Source of the DNA: Candidatus Marinacidobacterales bacterium
Lineage (GTDB): Bacteria; Acidobacteriota; Vicinamibacteria; Marinacidobacterales; SMYC01
Assembly (NCBI GenBank): GCA_965224085.1
Contig: CBDCYI010000005.1
Span: forward strand, 704,001-768,000
Direction of reading: 5' to 3'
Length of the DNA: 64,000 nucleotides
The position numbers and the translations under genes were made by a program. Below are positions 18,704 through 28,844 of this stretch, one piece after another (position 1 is the first letter of the stretch; each line of letters opens with the position of its first letter). The notes under the pieces are model-generated. The model made no database searches. It saw only the letters and a program-made list of their open reading frames with translations, and had not been told where the DNA came from.

Positions 18704-19789
18704 TCACGGCTTCACCTGGTAGAGACCGGAGCCGAGCCTCCAGATCCATCCTTTGACTTCGAGGCCGCACAAAACGGACAAAGCGCGCTCGGTCGGCATA
18801 TCGACGCGCAGAAGCAGCGCGTCGACATCCACCGCGTTCTGCGCTCGGCGGAGCTCGGTGAAAACAGCGCGCTCGTGCTCGTCGAGCTCGGGCCGCGCCG
18901 ATGCGGCAGCGGGGCGTCTTTCGCGAAGCAGCGCGCGTATCTCAGGCCGCAGCTCATCGACGACGTCTCGAGCTTCTGTCACCAGCGTGGCGCCGTCACG
19001 GATCAATGCGTGCGCGCCAGCGCTGTTCTCGGCCCGGGCCGGGCCGGGCACGGCGAAGACTTCGCGGTTTTGTTCGAGAGCGTGTCGCGCGGAAACGAGC
19101 GACCCACTCTTCTGGGCGGCTTCGACGACGATCGTACCCAGTGTCATCCCTGTAAGGATACGATTGCGCCGCGGAAAGTTTCGAGCGCGTGGGGGCTCGG
19201 CCATCGCGAATTCCGAGACAACGGCACCGTTTTCGGCAATTTGCTCGGCGAGCCGTCGATGCTCGCTCGGGTAAATATCTCTCAAGCCAGAGCCGAGTAT
19301 CGCGATGGTCCGACCGCGCGCGTCCAGAGCTCCACGGTGTGCCGCGCCGTCGATCCCGCGTGCGAGCCCGCTAACGATCGTGAGACCCGTGTGAGCGAGC
19401 TCGCGCGCGAGCCGTGCTGCCATCTCGAGCCCGTAGCGGGTCGCGCGCCGCGAGCCCACGATTGCGAGCGAAAGCCCGTCGCTCGGATCGAGCTGACCCC
19501 AGAGGGTCAGAGCCAATGGAGGGTCCGGCACCATCTTCAGCAGGCGAGGGTAGCGCGCATCGGTGAGCGCCAGGGCCTCGAAGCCGTCGGCGTGGATAGC
19601 GTCGAGCTCGCGCCGCGCGCGATCGAGCAACGAATCCGGGGTCGAGGTGAGCGCCTGGAGCGCTTTTTCGCAAGAGCCGACACGGCGCACGAGCTCTACG
19701 CGATCCCGGCAGGGCGTATGCTCGGCGCGCGCGAGCGCGAGCGCGGCGATGAGCTCGTAGAAACCAGTTGTGGAGCGTTTCACAGACAT
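18704..19789 (-). CDS. dprA: DNA-processing protein DprA
   Basis: IVGSR, VSGLARGID, FPRRNRI, VVEAAQKSGSL and FAVPG motifs. Confidence 0.95.
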   Translation of the reverse strand: MSVKRSTTGFYELIAALALARAEHTPCRDRVELVRRVGSCEKALQALTSTPDSLLDRARRELDAIHADGFEALALTDARYPRLLKMVPDPPLALTLWGQLDPSDGLSLAIVGSRRATRYGLEMAARLARELAHTGLTIVSGLARGIDGAAHRGALDARGRTIAILGSGLRDIYPSEHRRLAEQIAENGAVVSEFAMAEPPRARNFPRRNRILTGMTLGTIVVEAAQKSGSLVSARHALEQNREVFAVPGPARAENSAGAHALIRDGATLVTEARDVVDELRPEIRALLRERRPAAASARPELDEHERAVFTELRRAQNAVDVDALLLRVDMPTERALSVLCGLEVKGWIWRLGSGLYQVKP

Positions 19790-20010
19790 CTATAGGGTCT
19801 CCGGAGGACAATCGGGTCCATCTTGGCCATTTCGGCCCATTTAGGAATACCGTCCGATACGTTCGAATAGAATGACGAGAAACGCGCTCCAGGCCCTCCC
19901 TCGGCTTGCGAAGTTGCTTGCGCACCTAGGGGGGGTGGGCTACCATAGCCTAGCCGCCGCCATCACAGGGTTGATGGAACCTCGCGATTCTCTGTAAGTT
20001 AGAGGTAGAT

Positions 20011-20388
20011 TTGTCCTTACGTGTTCGGCCTGTCATCACATTCCTAGCTCTTCTTGCGCTTTCTACCTGCCCGCTGCTCGCTGACGATCGCGAGGAGGCA
20101 TCCCGCGCCCAGGTCGCTTTCGGTATCGAAGTCGCCAAAAGGGGTCTTTGGCGGGAGGCGATTTATCGTTGGGAGAAGGCCGTCGAGCTCGACCCTGACA
20201 ACGCCAGCGCTCGGAACAATGTAGCGGTGGCTTTCGAGCAGTCGGGTCAGTTCGACGAAGCGAACGAGGAATACGAAAGGGCGCTCGAGCTCGATTCCGC
20301 TAACTTATACATCCGCCAGAACTATGAGCTCTTCAGAGAAGCGTATGAGAGAAAAAAGCGATCCGACAGGCGGGCGCGCCGGAACTGA
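20011..20388 (+). CDS. secreted TPR protein
   Basis: Signal peptide; TPR motifs (WEKAVELDPDNASARNN, YERALELD). Confidence 0.85.
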   Translation: MSLRVRPVITFLALLALSTCPLLADDREEASRAQVAFGIEVAKRGLWREAIYRWEKAVELDPDNASARNNVAVAFEQSGQFDEANEEYERALELDSANLYIRQNYELFREAYERKKRSDRRARRN

Positions 20389-21184
20389 TCGGCGTCGGTC
20401 CCCGCTTTTTTTGGGTCTAATAGGTCTATCGTTGGGGTTTTTCGTGGCTTCCTGCACCTCGTATTACGAAGTGCCCATCGAAGTTCCCATCGAGGCCAAG
20501 CTCGACGTCTCGCAGTTCAACCGCATCCTCGTCGCGAGCTTCACGACGCAGACTAACGAACGTCTCGACCTCGACTCCGAGACGGTGCGCCTGCTACGGA
20601 ACCAGCTCCGTATGCGCTCCAACCTCCAAGTGCTCGACGCGGAAGTCGAGCCTCTCGGCGACTTCTCGGAAGAGGCGCTTGAGGATGCCGGCCTTCTCAT
20701 TGAGTTCGCAGAGCTCGAGGAGCAGGCACGCGCGGACGGTGAAGAGGAGATTTCTCAGCAAGAGTGGATCGATCTCGAGCAGGACAAGCTTCTCGAAGAT
20801 GAGGATTATTGGATGCAGCTCGGTGAGGAATATCAGAACCCGCTCATCGTAACGGGAAAGCTGAGTTTCGGCTCCGAGTCCCGATCGGGCTTCACCCGGC
20901 GCGATCGCTATACGCGTGACGCGTTCAACCGGCCCCAGCTGCAGCGCAGCCAGCAGTTCCAGGAGCGGACTGGCTTTACCTTGAACGCCGAGTTCTTCTT
21001 TATCGATGGCGAAACGGGTCGCACCATTCACCGCGAGCGCTTCACTGAAGAAGTTATCTACGGCCGTGACGAGCAGACCTCGGCGCTGTCGTCCTATTTC
21101 GAGCTGATGGATCGGCTTTTACCAAATTTCTTGAGCATTCTTTCGCCTCAAACGTTTCGGGGCACGAGGGTTCTCTTGAAATGA
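20345..21184 (+). CDS. putative lipoprotein
   Basis: Hydrophobic stretch then lipobox VASC; overlaps the TPR gene. Start uncertain. Confidence 0.75.
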   Translation: MREKSDPTGGRAGTDRRRSPLFLGLIGLSLGFFVASCTSYYEVPIEVPIEAKLDVSQFNRILVASFTTQTNERLDLDSETVRLLRNQLRMRSNLQVLDAEVEPLGDFSEEALEDAGLLIEFAELEEQARADGEEEISQQEWIDLEQDKLLEDEDYWMQLGEEYQNPLIVTGKLSFGSESRSGFTRRDRYTRDAFNRPQLQRSQQFQERTGFTLNAEFFFIDGETGRTIHRERFTEEVIYGRDEQTSALSSYFELMDRLLPNFLSILSPQTFRGTRVLLK

Positions 21185-21355
21185 ATAATGCCGGAACATG
21201 AATAATGAAAGACGTGGTGGTCGTTACATCCTTATGAATACAACGGGAGAACACTGCGCCTCACGAGCGCCGGGCTTTTTTCGCCGCTGAGCTTTGCGTC
21301 GTCGGGCAACACTGAAGCGATAGCTTCGGGAACTGATAACGATACGAGGTAACCG

Positions 21356-24300
21356 ATGAGGAAAAGCTACAAGGGAATTATGGGAAGAGCGGCGCTCGTT
21401 GTTATTGCCCTCTTTTTGTCCACGGTCGTCGCCTTCGGCCAATCCTTCACCCCGTTCTACGGCAAGAACAAAGTCAAGTACGACAAGCATCGCTGGGAGG
21501 TCTATCGGTCTCCGCATTTCGAGGTCTATTACTATCCCGAGTTCGAACAGGAGCTCGGCCGACTCGTCAGCTATGCCGAGAGCGCCTACGAGAAGGTCTC
21601 GAACGAGCTCAAGCACGAAATCTCTTTCGCCATTCCGCTCATCCTCTATAAGACGTTCACCGAGTTCGCTCAGACGAACCTGTTGCCGATCGAGATTCCC
21701 GAGGGCGTGGGCGCCTTTGCCGAGCCGGCGCGTGACCGGATGGTGATCCCCATCGACAATCCTCCGGACGAGCTCCAAGAACTGTTCATCCACGAACTGA
21801 CCCATATTTTTCAGTTCGACATCATCCCGCGCTCGCTCGTCCGCCGCTCTGTTCCCGTATGGATCGACGAGGGGATGGCGACCTATATGGAGGACGAGTG
21901 GGATCCTCTCGACCTCATGGTCATTCGCGACGCGGCCGTGACGGATCAAATCCCGAGCTTCGAGGCACTGAATGTCGGCTTTGCCCGCGCTGCCTATAGT
22001 TTCGGAGCGTCGGTTTTCACCTTCATGGAAGAACGCTTCGGTAAAGAGGGCGTACGGCAGTTCATCTTTGCTTTGCGCCGGGCTGTCGTCGGAGGTGTCG
22101 GGGAGGAAGTCTATCAACAAGCCTTTCGCTTGACGCCGGAAGAGTTCTATCGCGAATGGAAGCGATGGCTCGTCGACAAGTACAAGCCCTTCCGCGACAA
22201 AGAAATCCCGGACGATTACAGCTTGGACATGTCACCCGACCCGCGCCGCGGGAACTTCGTTGCCGCCTTATCGGCCGCGCCGTCGCCTTCGAAAGAGATC
22301 ATCGCGGTCATGAGCGTCAACCGCAAAGAGGGCGAGTTCGACATTATTCTTCTTTCGGCCGCGGATGGCTCCATCATCAAGAACTTGACGCCGGGATATA
22401 CCCGTTCTTTCGAGACCATCGTGGGTTTGGTTGGCGAGGACTCACTTATCGGACGGAACATCGCCTGGACGCCGGACGGTGATCACATCGTGTTCTTCGG
22501 CCGCTATCGGAAACGGCGCGCGCTCATCGTCGTCGACGTGCTCACAGAAAAAGTCGTGAAGCGCATTCAAGTCCCGGTCGACAGAGCCTATTTTCCACAT
22601 GTCGGGCCAAAGGGCCAGTACGCCTACTTCACGGCGCTTCGAGACGGCATTAGCGACGTTTGGCGTGTCAACATGGATACGGAGGAGTTCGAAAACGTCA
22701 CCGACGACAATTTCTTCGACAAATTTCCGACCGTCACGCCGGATGGCGAATGGCTCTATTACAGCCGGCGTATCAGTGGCTACGACAAGATCTACCGTCT
22801 CAATCTCAACGACACCTCGAAAAAAGAACAAATCACATTCGGAACCCATGACGATGCCTCACCCGTTTTTTCGGACGACGGGCGTGTCATGTTCTACACC
22901 TCGAACGAGGACGATGACATCTACAACCTGCGCTCGATGGATGTCGAGACGGGCGACATCATTCAGTATACCGATGTGCTCGGGGGCAATTTCTCACCGG
23001 CGGTCATCAAGGGTGGCCCACGCTCGAACGACGACATCCTCTTGTTCACGAGCTATTACAAAGGGAATTACGGCCTGTACAAGCTGCCGATGGACGAGCC
23101 CGTCAAGGAGCTTTCTTCGGATCTCGTCGTGCGCACCGAAGGACCCGTGATCGATTTCGTGCCGCCGGTGAACCACCAGATCATTTCCGAGAACAAGCGC
23201 CGAAAAGGAACGTTCGAGAAATTCTACATCGACGGCGCGCCGCCGATTAACGTCGGTGTCACCTCCGGTGGCGATTTCTTCGGCGGCACGGGCATCAGCT
23301 TCTCCGATGTGCTCGGCGATCAAAACTTCACGTTTTTCGCTTTGTCGGTGCGGGAGTTCCGGAGCTATCTCGGGAGCTATACCAACCGAGCTGGAAGGCT
23401 TCAATACTCGCTTAGAGGCTTCGATACAACGAGCTTCTTTTTTGCGAATCCTTTCGGTTTCGCTGGGATCAACCAATTCTCGCGGCAGGATGCTCTTTCC
23501 ACCATCCGGCAATACGGCGCTACGATCTCGGCCGTTTATCCGTTGAGCCGCTTCCGTCGTTTAGAGATGTCCACCGGTGTCATCCGCCAACGCACGCAGT
23601 TCGAAGACCCGGTTCTGAACCCGTTCCTCAATCCGGGCGGCGCCGGCTTCGGCGGTGGCAACTTCGATCAATTCCAGACAGCGATCGCTCAACGCTACCC
23701 GAACGGCACCGCTTTACCAATATCGGCGACTTTCGTTCAAGAAACGACGCGGTTTCGAAATTTTGGCCCTATCGCGGGCAGCACAATATCGGCGGGTGTG
23801 TCCATCTCGCCGTCCGGCCCGTTTCTCTCGCGGCAGACGTTCAACCTCGACGCGCGAAAATATCTTCAGATCGGCGGCGGGAGCTTGCTCGCCCTCAGGA
23901 TGCGGGGTCTTTGGAGTGACGGGGAGAATCCGGACTTGTTCTGGTTCGGCGGCAACGGTGATATGCGCGGTTTCGATTACCAGTCCTTTGTCGGCAACAA
24001 AGGCTTTTTCGCCAATGCGGAGCTTCGCTTCCCTATCATCGACGCCGCGATTACGCCGATAGGCTTTTTCGGTCCGCTACGGGGGCTCTTCTTTGTGGAT
24101 ATGGGCGGGGCCCACTTCATCGACCAGTCGTTCAACATCTTCTCGAGCGAGAGGCGGTTTTCCTCGCTCGGAGCCCGCTGCGGCCCGGGCGGCAACGCCC
24201 CTTGTATCTCCGAGGGATTCGGGCTCGGCGATGCTGTGGCCTCTTACGGAATCGGCCTCTCGTTCAATTTCTTCGGCATGCCGATGAACGTCAACTGGTC

Positions 24301-24370
24301 GAAGCTCACAGACTTCGCGACCACCGCAGACGGCTGGAAGACGGATTTCTGGATAGGATTCAACTTCTGA
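21356..24370 (+). CDS. peptidase MA-like + TolB/PD40 beta-propeller + Omp85/BamA-type barrel protein
   Basis: HELTH...WIDEG gluzincin motif, PD40-like repeats, MRGF motif, ELRFP and C-terminal F (IGFNF). Confidence 0.85.
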   Translation: MRKSYKGIMGRAALVVIALFLSTVVAFGQSFTPFYGKNKVKYDKHRWEVYRSPHFEVYYYPEFEQELGRLVSYAESAYEKVSNELKHEISFAIPLILYKTFTEFAQTNLLPIEIPEGVGAFAEPARDRMVIPIDNPPDELQELFIHELTHIFQFDIIPRSLVRRSVPVWIDEGMATYMEDEWDPLDLMVIRDAAVTDQIPSFEALNVGFARAAYSFGASVFTFMEERFGKEGVRQFIFALRRAVVGGVGEEVYQQAFRLTPEEFYREWKRWLVDKYKPFRDKEIPDDYSLDMSPDPRRGNFVAALSAAPSPSKEIIAVMSVNRKEGEFDIILLSAADGSIIKNLTPGYTRSFETIVGLVGEDSLIGRNIAWTPDGDHIVFFGRYRKRRALIVVDVLTEKVVKRIQVPVDRAYFPHVGPKGQYAYFTALRDGISDVWRVNMDTEEFENVTDDNFFDKFPTVTPDGEWLYYSRRISGYDKIYRLNLNDTSKKEQITFGTHDDASPVFSDDGRVMFYTSNEDDDIYNLRSMDVETGDIIQYTDVLGGNFSPAVIKGGPRSNDDILLFTSYYKGNYGLYKLPMDEPVKELSSDLVVRTEGPVIDFVPPVNHQIISENKRRKGTFEKFYIDGAPPINVGVTSGGDFFGGTGISFSDVLGDQNFTFFALSVREFRSYLGSYTNRAGRLQYSLRGFDTTSFFFANPFGFAGINQFSRQDALSTIRQYGATISAVYPLSRFRRLEMSTGVIRQRTQFEDPVLNPFLNPGGAGFGGGNFDQFQTAIAQRYPNGTALPISATFVQETTRFRNFGPIAGSTISAGVSISPSGPFLSRQTFNLDARKYLQIGGGSLLALRMRGLWSDGENPDLFWFGGNGDMRGFDYQSFVGNKGFFANAELRFPIIDAAITPIGFFGPLRGLFFVDMGGAHFIDQSFNIFSSERRFSSLGARCGPGGNAPCISEGFGLGDAVASYGIGLSFNFFGMPMNVNWSKLTDFATTADGWKTDFWIGFNF

Positions 24371-24419
24371 GGCGTAGCGTATTTCACATAGCGCCACCGA
24401 TGCTGAATGCGTGTCAATC

Positions 24420-24448
24420 TTGACGCAGAAGTTTTTGATCGCTACAAT
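24420..24448 (+). promoter_or_regulatory. sigma70-type promoter of rplU-rpmA
   Basis: TTGACG-N17-TACAAT. Confidence 0.7.
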
Positions 24449-24482
24449 GGGTGGATATACATAGGTAGAATCGGAGCAACAA

Positions 24483-24794
24483 TTGTACGCAATCATCGAA
24501 ACGGGCGGGAAGCAGCAGAAGGTGACTCCCGGTGAGCAGCTCAGAATCGAGAAGCTCGAAGCCGAAGTTGGGGATACCGTTCGCTTCGACAAAGTCATGC
24601 TCGTGAATCGCGATGGCGAGGTCGCGCTCGGCAAGCCTTATGTCGATGGCGCCTCGGTGACTGCCGAGGTAGCGGAGCAAGGGCGCGCCAAGAAGATTCT
24701 CGTTTTCAAGAAAAAGCGCCGCAAGCAGTATCGGCGCACGCGCGGCCACCGGCAATCGTTTACCGCGGTGAAGGTCGAGGCGATCGAAGGATAG
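24483..24794 (+). CDS. rplU: 50S ribosomal protein L21
   Basis: [11 protein letters not shown]...KKKRRK...GHRQ; TTG start. Confidence 0.97.
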   Translation: MYAIIETGGKQQKVTPGEQLRIEKLEAEVGDTVRFDKVMLVNRDGEVALGKPYVDGASVTAEVAEQGRAKKILVFKKKRRKQYRRTRGHRQSFTAVKVEAIEG

Positions 24795-24808
24795 CCGGAC
24801 TTGCAGAA

Positions 24809-25072
24809 ATGGCGCACAAAAAGGGTCAAGGAAGCTCACGCAACGGACGCGACAGCAACGCGCAGAGGCTCGGGGTCAAGGCGTTTGCTGGCGAGAGCGT
24901 GAGCGGCGGCTCCATCCTCGTTCGGCAGCGTGGCACGCGATTCAAGCCGGGTCGCAATGTCGGCCGCGGCAAGGACGACACGCTTTTCGCCAAGATCACG
25001 GGCATCGTCGATTTTCAGACCCGCGGTCAGAAGGGGCGATTCATTCACGTCGACCCTGCGGGTGCCAGCTAA
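24809..25072 (+). CDS. rpmA: 50S ribosomal protein L27
   Basis: [16 protein letters not shown]. Confidence 0.98.
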   Translation: MAHKKGQGSSRNGRDSNAQRLGVKAFAGESVSGGSILVRQRGTRFKPGRNVGRGKDDTLFAKITGIVDFQTRGQKGRFIHVDPAGAS

Positions 25073-25287
25073 GCCCAGTCAAGGATGGTTCTGAGGGCGC
25101 GATGGCAGTTCAATTTGCGCCCGCGGAGGCTAGTTGCTGCCCGGTTCTTGCTGCGGCCTTTTATGGGGCGGCATTGTTCTAGGTGCGTGGTTAGCAGGCA
25201 GCAAAGTCGAGCCGGTAGAGCCAAGAGACAGACGTCCTCGAAACGTCGCACTCCGAAATCGACCTGCTTCGTTCATATAATGGATTG

Positions 25288-26295
25288 ATGTGGATTGACG
25301 AGGCTGTTCTCGAGCTCGAGGCGGGGCGGGGCGGCGACGGTGTCATCAGCTTTCGCAGAGAAAAGTACGTTCCCCGCGGCGGGCCCGATGGCGGCCACGG
25401 TGGCGGAGGCGGCTCCATCTGGCTTCTGGCGAGCACGGCCCAGAACACGCTCGCCGGCTACCGCTATCGCCCGCACTACCGTTCCGAGCGTGGCAGAAAC
25501 GGCGAAGGCGCTAAGCGGGCTGGGCGCCGAGGTGAGGATATGGAGCTTTCGGTTCCCCTCGGCACTCTCGTGCACGATAAGGAAACGGGAGAGCTCCTTG
25601 GAGATTTGACCGACGAGAATCAGAAACTGCTCGTCGCTCGAGGCGGGCGTGGGGGACGAGGGAACGTGTCGTTCGCGTCTGCGACGAATCGGGCGCCTCG
25701 AAAATGCGAAACGGGGAGCCCGGGCGAACAACGTCGCGTTCGGCTCGAGCTGCGGCTGCTCGCGGATGTCGGCCTCGTCGGCTTTCCGAATGCCGGGAAG
25801 TCCACGTTCATCTCGGCTGTCAGCGCGGCGCGACCCAAGATCGCGGATTATCCGTTCACGACCCTCGTGCCGCATCTTGGCGTCGTCGAGATCACCGAGG
25901 AGAGCTCCTTCGTCTTGGCCGATGTACCCGGTCTGATCCCGGGAGCGAGCGATGGTGCTGGGCTCGGCGATCGTTTCCTGCGGCACTTGAGCCGAACGGC
26001 TTGTCTCATGTACTTCATCGATGTATCCGAAGGCTCGGGAAGAGAGCCCGTCGACGACCTCAAAGCGCTGCGGCAGGAGATAGAAGCTTATGGTAAAGGC
26101 ATGGATGGAAAGCCGGGAGCCGTGGCTGCCAACAAAATGGACGTGCTCGAAAATCCGACGCGGCTCGCTGCTCTCGAAGATGCGACGGCGGGCTTTGGGC
26201 TTCCGTTCTTCACGGTCTCGGCAGCGACCGGCGACGGTTGTCAGAAGATGGTTCGCGAGATCTACGGCCTCGTACAGAAGGAGCGGGTGACGTGA
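25288..26295 (+). CDS. obgE: GTPase ObgE/CgtA
   Basis: Gly-rich Obg fold, GFPNAGKST, YPFTT, DVPG and NKMD motifs. Confidence 0.97.
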   Translation: MWIDEAVLELEAGRGGDGVISFRREKYVPRGGPDGGHGGGGGSIWLLASTAQNTLAGYRYRPHYRSERGRNGEGAKRAGRRGEDMELSVPLGTLVHDKETGELLGDLTDENQKLLVARGGRGGRGNVSFASATNRAPRKCETGSPGEQRRVRLELRLLADVGLVGFPNAGKSTFISAVSAARPKIADYPFTTLVPHLGVVEITEESSFVLADVPGLIPGASDGAGLGDRFLRHLSRTACLMYFIDVSEGSGREPVDDLKALRQEIEAYGKGMDGKPGAVAANKMDVLENPTRLAALEDATAGFGLPFFTVSAATGDGCQKMVREIYGLVQKERVT

Positions 26296-26356
26296 AACAT
26301 CAGGAGTCGTTTCGGTGCCACTCGTTATCATCTAAGTTCAAAGAGGTTCGAGAAAC

Positions 26357-26725
26357 TTGACCGAGACTAAGTTGACCTTGAACTCGCTGGACCCCGAGCT
26401 CAAGAGCGCGGTTTTGGCGGCGCAGGAAAAAAAGGCTGTCGATATCCTGGTTCTCGATCTGCGCGGGTTGGCGAGCTTTACCGATTACTTTCTGATTCTC
26501 ACGGGCGCGAGCCACCGCCAAATCAAGTCCATCGCGGACGAGGTGGAGAAGTCGCTCCGATCGATGAAACGGCGGCCCTCGCACGTCGAGTCCTATCCGC
26601 GTGGAGAATGGATCTTGATGGACTATGCGGATTTTGTCGTACACGTCTTCACGCCGACGAGCCGCGAATATTACGATCTCGAACGCCTCTGGGGCGACGC
26701 GCAAAAGCTCGCTGTCGCCAGTTGA
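26357..26725 (+). CDS. rsfS: ribosome silencing factor
   Basis: KKAVDI...DYF...WILMDY..VVHVF...YYDLERLWGDA. Confidence 0.95.
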   Translation: MTETKLTLNSLDPELKSAVLAAQEKKAVDILVLDLRGLASFTDYFLILTGASHRQIKSIADEVEKSLRSMKRRPSHVESYPRGEWILMDYADFVVHVFTPTSREYYDLERLWGDAQKLAVAS

Positions 26726-26729
26726 CCTC

Positions 26730-27665
26730 ATGCCCGTTACGAAGGTGGGTCTAGATGCCACGATCATCGCCCACGATCCGCAGATGGTGGAGATCGTCCG
26801 GCTTCTCGAGCGTCTCGCGATCGCGTCCAGCAATGTCGTTCTGAGCGGGGAGAGCGGTACAGGAAAAGACCTCGCGGCGCATGCGCTGCACTTGTGGGGA
26901 GAGCGGTCCGGACTTCCCATGGTCACGGTCGACCTTTCGAGCATTCCCGAGAGCTTGCTCGAGAGCGAGCTCTTCGGCTACGAGCGTGGCGCGTTTACCG
27001 GCGCGGCTCAGCGAAAAGCAGGAAAATTTGAGCTTGCCGGCAAGGGCACGTTGCTTCTGGACCAGATTGGCGAACTTTCTCCGCTCCACCAGGCCAAGCT
27101 CTTGCGTGCGGTCGAGGAGCGTCGATTCGAGCGGCTCGGCGGGACAGAGTCCGTCGAGCTCGAGGCGCGCCTCATCGCCTCCGCGAGCGCCGATCTCGAA
27201 CAGGCCGTGGAGCGAGGGCTCTTTCGCCGCGACCTGTTCCATCGTCTCGGTGTTTTCTGGATTCGGCTTCCATCTCTTCGGGAGCGGCCCGACGACATCG
27301 TTCCTCTCGCGGAACTCTTCCTTGAAAAAGAGGTTGCGCGCAGAGGCCGCGCCCCGCGTCGATTCTCCCCCGATGCGCTCCAGGTATTCACGACTTACGC
27401 GTGGCCGGGAAACGTGCGGGAGCTCAAGGGCGTCGTCGAGCACGGCGCGATTTTGTCGAGAGGTGAGACTTTCGAGAGGACCGATATCCCCGCACACGTT
27501 CTCGACGCGTGGGGCGTCACGCTGGACAAGCGCCCTACCCTCGGCGCGGTCGAGAAGAGCTATATCGAGCGGGTTCTGCGCGATGTAAGCGGGAACACGA
27601 CCCGCGCCGCAGAGATACTTGGGATCAGTCGCAAGTCGCTTTGGCAGCGCCGCAAGAGGTTTTAA
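26730..27665 (+). CDS. sigma54-dependent enhancer-binding protein without N-terminal regulatory domain
   Basis: GESGTGKD, ESELFG, GAFTGA, WPGNVREL and a C-terminal Fis HTH. Confidence 0.9.
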   Translation: MPVTKVGLDATIIAHDPQMVEIVRLLERLAIASSNVVLSGESGTGKDLAAHALHLWGERSGLPMVTVDLSSIPESLLESELFGYERGAFTGAAQRKAGKFELAGKGTLLLDQIGELSPLHQAKLLRAVEERRFERLGGTESVELEARLIASASADLEQAVERGLFRRDLFHRLGVFWIRLPSLRERPDDIVPLAELFLEKEVARRGRAPRRFSPDALQVFTTYAWPGNVRELKGVVEHGAILSRGETFERTDIPAHVLDAWGVTLDKRPTLGAVEKSYIERVLRDVSGNTTRAAEILGISRKSLWQRRKRF

Positions 27666-27794
27666 ATTGACTAAATCAGCTTTGTTCGCGCTTCGCACTC
27701 ACATCTGACTCCTTCGAAGGAGCCCGAGCGGGGACGATTCAGCATCTGTTCTCGGCTTTCGGGGTGGAGCTTCAGGAGGTAGACTACGTCAATC

Positions 27795-28793
27795 ATGCGG
27801 GCTCGGACTTTTCTCACGATGCTTGTTGTTTTTGCGTTCGTCGGGTTCGTGGTTTGGACGATTCGCTTGAACGAGGCGCTCGTGACGGTTCAGTTTGCGT
27901 TTTTCCAGCCGGTCGTGCTCGAGCTTTGGATGGTCATGCTCGCAGCTTTCGGGATCGGTGCGGGCGTTATCTTGTTCTTCGACCTCGCGGGAGGCGTTCG
28001 GCGTTTTGCTCACGCCCGCCGCCGGCGTCGTTTGCACGAGGCCCATCAAGCGGTCGAGGAGCTCTACATGGCCGGGCTGGACATGGTCTCTTCCGTCGAA
28101 GAGCGCGCGCTCGAGCAGGACATGCCGAAAGGCGTCCAGCTTGGCTTTGGCGTCGCGCAGCTTTCTGCCGGAGGAGCTAAGGAGGCGATCGCCGCCTTTC
28201 GGTTGATACTTGCCGACGATGAGAGCTTCGTTCCCGCCTACATTCGCTTGGGAGAGGCGCTCGCTGCGAACGACCAGACTGAAGAAGCGATACGCACGTG
28301 GCACCGCGGCTACGAGCTCACGGGCTCGACGGAGCCCCTCTCTTCGCTCCAAAATTTTTATTTGCGCGCCGAGCAGCCGGAAGCAGCGATAGGTGTGTGG
28401 AAGCAGGCCCTGATTCTCAGCGAGAACGAGGTTCCGCTCCGCTACTCTTTGGGAAAGCTTCACTACCGCTTATACATGCTCGATGAGGCGCTTCGCGAGT
28501 TTCAGATGATCGAGGATCGTGTGAGCGGCCTGCCCGCGCTCCATCTCTATGTGGCTCGAATCCTGGAGAGTAAGAACGAGCTCTCCGCCGCGCTCAGAAA
28601 GACCAAGTTGCTCGTCGCCGAGGTCGAAGGGCTGATGATGGACTATGTGTGCGAAAGCTGCGAGTGGCGCACGTCGGAATGGACGGAGCGCTGCTCACGT
28701 TGTGGGCACTGGGACACGGTGGGCCTGCATCTTCCCGCTGTCGACGCGCCCGAAGCCGTGATCGCGCCCTCGCCGACCTGGTCGACCCCGTAA
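27795..28793 (+). CDS. LapA-LapB-like fusion (2 TM, TPRs, rubredoxin-type CxxC..CxxC)
   Basis: N-terminal LapA-like TM pair, TPRs, and CESCEW...W..RCSRCGHWDT. Confidence 0.75.
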   Translation: MRARTFLTMLVVFAFVGFVVWTIRLNEALVTVQFAFFQPVVLELWMVMLAAFGIGAGVILFFDLAGGVRRFAHARRRRRLHEAHQAVEELYMAGLDMVSSVEERALEQDMPKGVQLGFGVAQLSAGGAKEAIAAFRLILADDESFVPAYIRLGEALAANDQTEEAIRTWHRGYELTGSTEPLSSLQNFYLRAEQPEAAIGVWKQALILSENEVPLRYSLGKLHYRLYMLDEALREFQMIEDRVSGLPALHLYVARILESKNELSAALRKTKLLVAEVEGLMMDYVCESCEWRTSEWTERCSRCGHWDTVGLHLPAVDAPEAVIAPSPTWSTP

Positions 28794-28844
28794 AGCCCGC
28801 GACTTGATGGATAGAGGCGCGAGCTTTCTGTCGTGCTGTCTGCA

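Noticed and set aside
26296-26356. Missing nadD between obgE and rsfS
   Set aside because: Gene order here varies widely; no relic visible.
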